Shown here: positions 7,301 to 10,934 of the stretch, piece by piece
Numbering within the stretch: the stretch's first letter is position 1
Layout: every line of letters starts with the position of its first letter
Source: Planctomycetota bacterium
GTDB taxonomy: Bacteria; Planctomycetota; SZUA-567; H5-PLA8
Direction of reading: 5' to 3'
Length of the DNA: 10,934 nt
Assembly (NCBI GenBank): GCA_045863855.1
Contig: BTVV01000170.1
Span: forward strand, 1 to 10,934
The notes under the pieces: model-generated
The model's database searches: none
Seen by the model: only the letters and a program-made list of their open reading frames with translations
Told to the model about the DNA's origin: nothing
Program-made: the position numbers and the translations under genes

Positions 7301-7352
7301 GGGGACCGAATTGCGCAAATACAAAAATAGATTGCGTAGTTGCGCGATTGCG
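7301..7352. promoter_or_regulatory. Putative operator region in the divergent XylR-like/PhyH intergenic space
   Basis: A-rich patch with ATTGCG at 7310, 7331 and 7347 and TTGCG at 7340. The first two copies are 21 bp apart, and TTGCGCAA (7311-7318) is palindromic. Confidence 0.5.
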
Positions 7353-7415
7353 TCCGGCGGCCCACCGTGGTTTGGTGAGTCTGTACGCGACGCATACGCC
7401 ACCAGGAGATCCGCC

Positions 7416-8294
7416 ATGCACGCCGTCGAAGCGCTTGATACCGCCGCCGCCTCTGCTCTGGATAAACGATGCGTCGAGATCCCCTACGTGGTTCACGGCC
7501 AGAACCCGCTTCCCGATCCTCGCCCGGTTCGCGTAGTTGCGACAAGGGAGGAACTGAATCGCCTGGAGCGCGACGGATATCTGGTCCGCAAAGGCTTCCT
7601 GGACGCCGCGGGCTTGGCGCGGATGCGACGCGGGCTGGACGAACTGATGGAAAATGAGCGCCGCGAGGGGCATTTCTCGATCCACACCGGCGGAGGCTTC
7701 GGTGGGCTGTTCATGCGCCAGCTCATGGACCGTCATGCGAGCTTCGGGGAGATTCTGGAGTGGGAAGCGCTGCATTCGATCGCACGTGCAATGCTGGGTC
7801 CTGCGGTTTCGATTCGAGACACGATCACGCGGATCACGTGGCCGGGGCAGCCGAATCAGGAAACGGTCTGGCACGCGCACCAACAGTTAATTCCGGAGCC
7901 GCTTCCACCGTGGTTTCCGTTCCCCCATATCGTGGACGCGCTGGTGTACCTCGACGACTTGGACGAGGCGACCGGTCCGCTGTGCGTAATTCCGGGGAGC
8001 CACACTCGGCTGACCGAGGCGCCGCCGAGGAACTCCACCGCAGACCTTCCAGGCCAGGTCAAGCTGCTCGTGCCAGCGGGCAGCGTAGTTTTTGTACACG
8101 GGAACCTCTGGCATCGTGCGATGCCGACGCGGCCCGACGGTCGAATGCGGCGGCTGATCATTGTGGGCTACGCGCCGCCCTGGAAAAAGGGCCCGCCGTG
8201 GCGAGCGCAAACGCCGGACGGTCTTGTTGCGAAGCTGGGCCGGGCAGGTGATGCGGCACGGAGGGAACTGCTTGGATTGGAGGGCTGGCACTGA
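7416..8294 (+). CDS. Phytanoyl-CoA dioxygenase (PhyH) family Fe(II)/2-oxoglutarate-dependent oxygenase, 292 aa
   Basis: RDGYLVRKGFL, IARAMLGP, LVYLDDLDEATGPLCVIPGSH, PAGSVVFVHGNLWHRA, MRR. SD AGGAG (7404-7408) precedes ATG 7416. Confidence 0.92.
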   Translation: MHAVEALDTAAASALDKRCVEIPYVVHGQNPLPDPRPVRVVATREELNRLERDGYLVRKGFLDAAGLARMRRGLDELMENERREGHFSIHTGGGFGGLFMRQLMDRHASFGEILEWEALHSIARAMLGPAVSIRDTITRITWPGQPNQETVWHAHQQLIPEPLPPWFPFPHIVDALVYLDDLDEATGPLCVIPGSHTRLTEAPPRNSTADLPGQVKLLVPAGSVVFVHGNLWHRAMPTRPDGRMRRLIIVGYAPPWKKGPPWRAQTPDGLVAKLGRAGDAARRELLGLEGWH

Positions 8295-8553
8295 TACGGA
8301 TTGCCAGGCTGCGGCCTTGGCTGCTTCGGCTACCGACTTACGCATGCTCGCCGAAGCGCTGGACGCACAAAGCGCCAAGTTCGAACTGGCCTGGGTAGTG
8401 GCGGCTCCCGACGCTGCGACGTTCGGGCAACGGCATATGCTGGAAGTGTACCTGCATCGTAGCCCGGTGAAGCCGGGGGTCTTTCGGAGCTTGGACGAGG
8501 CGAAGGCGTGGCAGGAGGGGCCGAAGCAGGTCATGGCCGGCGGAAGCACATAA
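8295..8553 (+). pseudogene. C-terminal fragment of a small STAS/SEC14 (SpoIIAA-like) domain protein; possible 69-aa ORF from ATG 8344
   Basis: SATDLRMLA...AWVVAAPDAATFG...VFRSLDEAKAW resembles the C-terminus of SpoIIAA-like small proteins (recognised from memory). No independent N-terminus or SD is present. Confidence 0.45.
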
Positions 8554-8650
8554 GCGGTGCATGCGGCTATGCCCCGACGTACGCGCTCGAAGTTTTCGGG
8601 ATTAGTCCACTAAACGGGCCTTCTAAGCACGTACGCACGGCAACTCGCCC

Positions 8651-8701
8651 CAATGCGCCGTGTACCGCGGCGAGCGTGTTTCCGATTTCATGTGCCAGCC
8701 C
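8651..8701 (-). pseudogene. Histidine kinase H-box (HisKA) remnant
   Basis: GLAHEIGNTLAAVHGAL matches the H-box consensus (GxAHEIxNPLxxI) but sits in an 81-codon ORF with no ATPase domain. Confidence 0.45.
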
Positions 8702-8847
8702 TTCGTGAAGCCTTCCGCCGCGTAGCGTAGCGCGCCCGGTCCCCACTCCGTGTTGATCCCGTCCAGCGCCACTCGCGGACCCGCGCCGGGGCATTACACT
8801 CCCTTGGTCCACTTACCGTCGCGGCGTTCTCCCTGGAGGCCCATGCC

Positions 8848-9702
8848 CTGTCCGCGATCTGGCTGACCGCCGCCTGCATGCTCTCTTTCGGCTTCGGGCA
8901 ACTATTCAAATGGGCGCAGCGCCGCGGATGCCACGGTCCCACGGTCGTTGCTGCCAATTACCTCTGCATAGCCGCGGCCCTGGGCGTCTGGCTGGGCGTG
9001 CGAGGTGAGGGCTTCCCCACCGGCCGAGCCCTGGAACTCGGTGCGCTCACCGGCGTCTTCTTCATCACCGCGATGCTGGTCTTCACGCAGGCGCTGTGTG
9101 AGGCCAGCATTGGGGCGGTACTCACGGCTTTTCGCGTCTCCATCCTGCTTCCGATCGTCCTGGGTTTATGGCTTTGGAATGAGCAGGTCACGCGCACGGA
9201 GGCGGCGGGCGTCGCGCTCTCCCTAGTGGGCTTGGTCCTGATGACCGCCGGTACACGCGAAGGCGTGCCCGAACGCGCCGGCACACTCAGCACCTTTGCA
9301 CTGGTCTTTCTGGTCTTCTTCTCCCAAAGCCTCAGTCACGTCGGAATCAGTTCCGTGCATCACCTGGACTTGGACGGACAGATGCTGGAAGTGTTGTTCG
9401 CGATCACGCTGACGGCCGGCGTGCTGGGCGCGGCGGCCATCGCCTACAAGCGCCACAAGCCCACTCGCGCCGAAATCACGGTCGGAGCCTTGATCGGCCT
9501 CTACAACCTCGTCAACTTGGTGACGATTCTACTCGCGCTCAGCACCGTGCCGCGGACGATCTACTTTCCGGTCTCGGGATGCTCCGTGGTGCTGCTCGAC
9601 AACCTCTGCGCGCACTTCTATTGGAAGGAACGGCTGAGCATGAGCGCCTTGGCTGGCGCGCTCCTGAGCGCCGTTGCGATGCTCCTGGTGTTCGTGAGGT
9701 AG
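8848..9702 (+). CDS. EamA/DMT-superfamily membrane transporter
   Basis: About 10 hydrophobic segments in two repeats, with EamA motifs LGLWLWNEQVTRTEAAGVALSLVGLVLM and AHFYWKERLSMSALAGALLS. The first in-frame ATG is 8878, but an in-frame CTG at 8848 with SD GGAGG (8835-8839) completes TM1, so the start is uncertain. Confidence 0.88.
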   Translation: MSAIWLTAACMLSFGFGQLFKWAQRRGCHGPTVVAANYLCIAAALGVWLGVRGEGFPTGRALELGALTGVFFITAMLVFTQALCEASIGAVLTAFRVSILLPIVLGLWLWNEQVTRTEAAGVALSLVGLVLMTAGTREGVPERAGTLSTFALVFLVFFSQSLSHVGISSVHHLDLDGQMLEVLFAITLTAGVLGAAAIAYKRHKPTRAEITVGALIGLYNLVNLVTILLALSTVPRTIYFPVSGCSVVLLDNLCAHFYWKERLSMSALAGALLSAVAMLLVFVR

Positions 9703-9893
9703 CTTTATGCTGCCCGGCGCTGGAGAAGGATGGGCGCTGGCCGAAAAGATTCGCCCGGGCAAAAGCTTCGCGTACGCCGCGACGATGATTTCCGCCGACC
9801 GGAATCTGGCGAAAGAAGACCTAGGCCGGGCGCTAAAACTCAAGTTGAAGAGTGTCCTCTCCCTAATCTCTGATCGTATTTTCCGGCCCTACT

Positions 9894-9960
9894 TTACCCA
9901 ATTCCCGTTGCAGTTCGCCTTTCGCCCTATTGTCTAAATTGGGTAATCTGTAACCCAGTT
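9894..9960. repeat. Three-copy inverted-repeat motif (TTACCCAATT / AATTGGGTAA / TAACCCAGTT)
   Basis: Perfect 10-bp inverted pair at 9894-9903 and 9937-9946, with a third degenerate copy at 9951-9960. Confidence 0.55.
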
Positions 9961-10042
9961 CACGCCAGCTTGGCTCGCCCCATGGTACCCTGACGTTTCC
10001 GCCTCGAACCTGAGCCACCAAGGATATTCAGCGCAGAATGCC

Positions 10043-10934
10043 TTACTTGCGCCCGTGGGGCTTCTCGGTCACGGTCTCTTCGATCAGACGGCGGACGAGG
10101 CGCAGGTCAGGCGTAAAATCGTTCGCGCGTTTCTTGAAGAATGCGAACATGGGCGGGTATACATCCTCCTCGGGTAGAAGATGCCCCGCGTTCGGCAAGT
10201 TCACGTACTCAACCTCCGCATTCGCCTTCCGGATCTTCTCCAGAAAAACCTTTAGCGATTCGTTCCGGAAGCCCTCGTCCTTCGCTCCATGGAGGACTAG
10301 AAACGCTTTGCCGGAGAGATCGGGCACCGGATGGTCGTTCCAATAAGCTCCGGCGCACGGGCAAAAAGCGGCAAAAAGTTCCGGGACCACCCAGGAGAAT
10401 CGAGTAGTGCCTTGAGCACCCATTGAACCGCCCGTCAGGTAAATGCGCTTCTTGTCGATATGAAATCGCTCGCACGTCTGCATGATACCGTCGATTACGT
10501 CCAGCATGTTCTCCTTGACGTTCCATGAGTTGATCACGTGGTTGCGCGCGATGGGCACTATGACCACGTGCGGCTCGTTGGCGTAGCCATTGCAATGCCA
10601 GGACATGGAATGGTACGCCATCTCGGCGGCATCCCCCGAACCGCCCCCATGCAGATCCACGATCAGTGGCCAGGGCTTTGAAGGCTCGTAGGACTTGGGC
10701 GCAAAGACGTATTGCCTGCCTCGGCCATCGCCTTTCCTGATCTTGTCTAACCAATAGGCGCCACTATTCGGCTTACGCACGATCTCCATTCCATCCATGG
10801 GCTTGGCGGGATAAGCCGCCGGGCGTTCCTTTCGGAGAGCCGCAACCTGCTTGTGGACTTCGTAACGGGCCCTAACGTCCTTCAATCCGCCGCGCTTGAC
10901 CAGGAGTTCCCAGGGATCGACCCATTGCTCCCCA
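10043..10934 (-). CDS. Alpha/beta hydrolase (predicted esterase/peptidase), 5'-truncated by the window edge
   Basis: PKSYEPSKPWPLIVDLHGGG, IDKKRIYLTGGSMG (GxSxG nucleophile), HGAKD (Asp), NAGH (His). The frame stays open upstream of 10885 to the edge (GEQWVDPWELLVKRGGLKDV...). Confidence 0.9.
   Translation of the reverse strand, partial: GEQWVDPWELLVKRGGLKDVRARYEVHKQVAALRKERPAAYPAKPMDGMEIVRKPNSGAYWLDKIRKGDGRGRQYVFAPKSYEPSKPWPLIVDLHGGGSGDAAEMAYHSMSWHCNGYANEPHVVIVPIARNHVINSWNVKENMLDVIDGIMQTCERFHIDKKRIYLTGGSMGAQGTTRFSWVVPELFAAFCPCAGAYWNDHPVPDLSGKAFLVLHGAKDEGFRNESLKVFLEKIRKANAEVEYVNLPNAGHLLPEEDVYPPMFAFFKKRANDFTPDLRLVRRLIEETVTEKPHGRK

Noticed and set aside
7236..7417. Overlapping N-terminal extensions of the XylR-like (7417) and PhyH (7236) ORFs
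   Set aside because: They overlap head-to-head across the divergent promoter; family similarity and the SD support starts at 7282 and 7416.
1..10934. CRISPR array, transposase or integrase
   Set aside because: No regularly spaced repeats or recombinase motifs were seen in the window.

Overview
GC-rich bacterial region (PVC-superphylum-like gene content, taxonomy uncertain) holding two divergent regulator/enzyme modules. Module 1: an AraC regulator (4689-5663, +) faces a minus-strand operon encoding a large secreted GH2-like protein (338-4453) and a second secreted protein that runs off the left edge. Module 2: a XylR-type regulator (6158-7282, -) faces a PhyH-family Fe(II)/2OG dioxygenase (7416-8294, +). 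These are followed by gene debris, an EamA/DMT transporter, and a 5'-truncated alpha/beta hydrolase at the right edge. Both main enzymes have non-canonical catalytic motifs: the GH2 acid/base NE reads HN, and the dioxygenase HxD reads HxH. The ~490 bp gap between the two regulators is rich in hairpins and carries tRNA-Ser-like 3' and possibly 5' ends, suggesting an integration scar or an unannotated structured RNA. No intact RNA gene, CRISPR array or transposase was seen.
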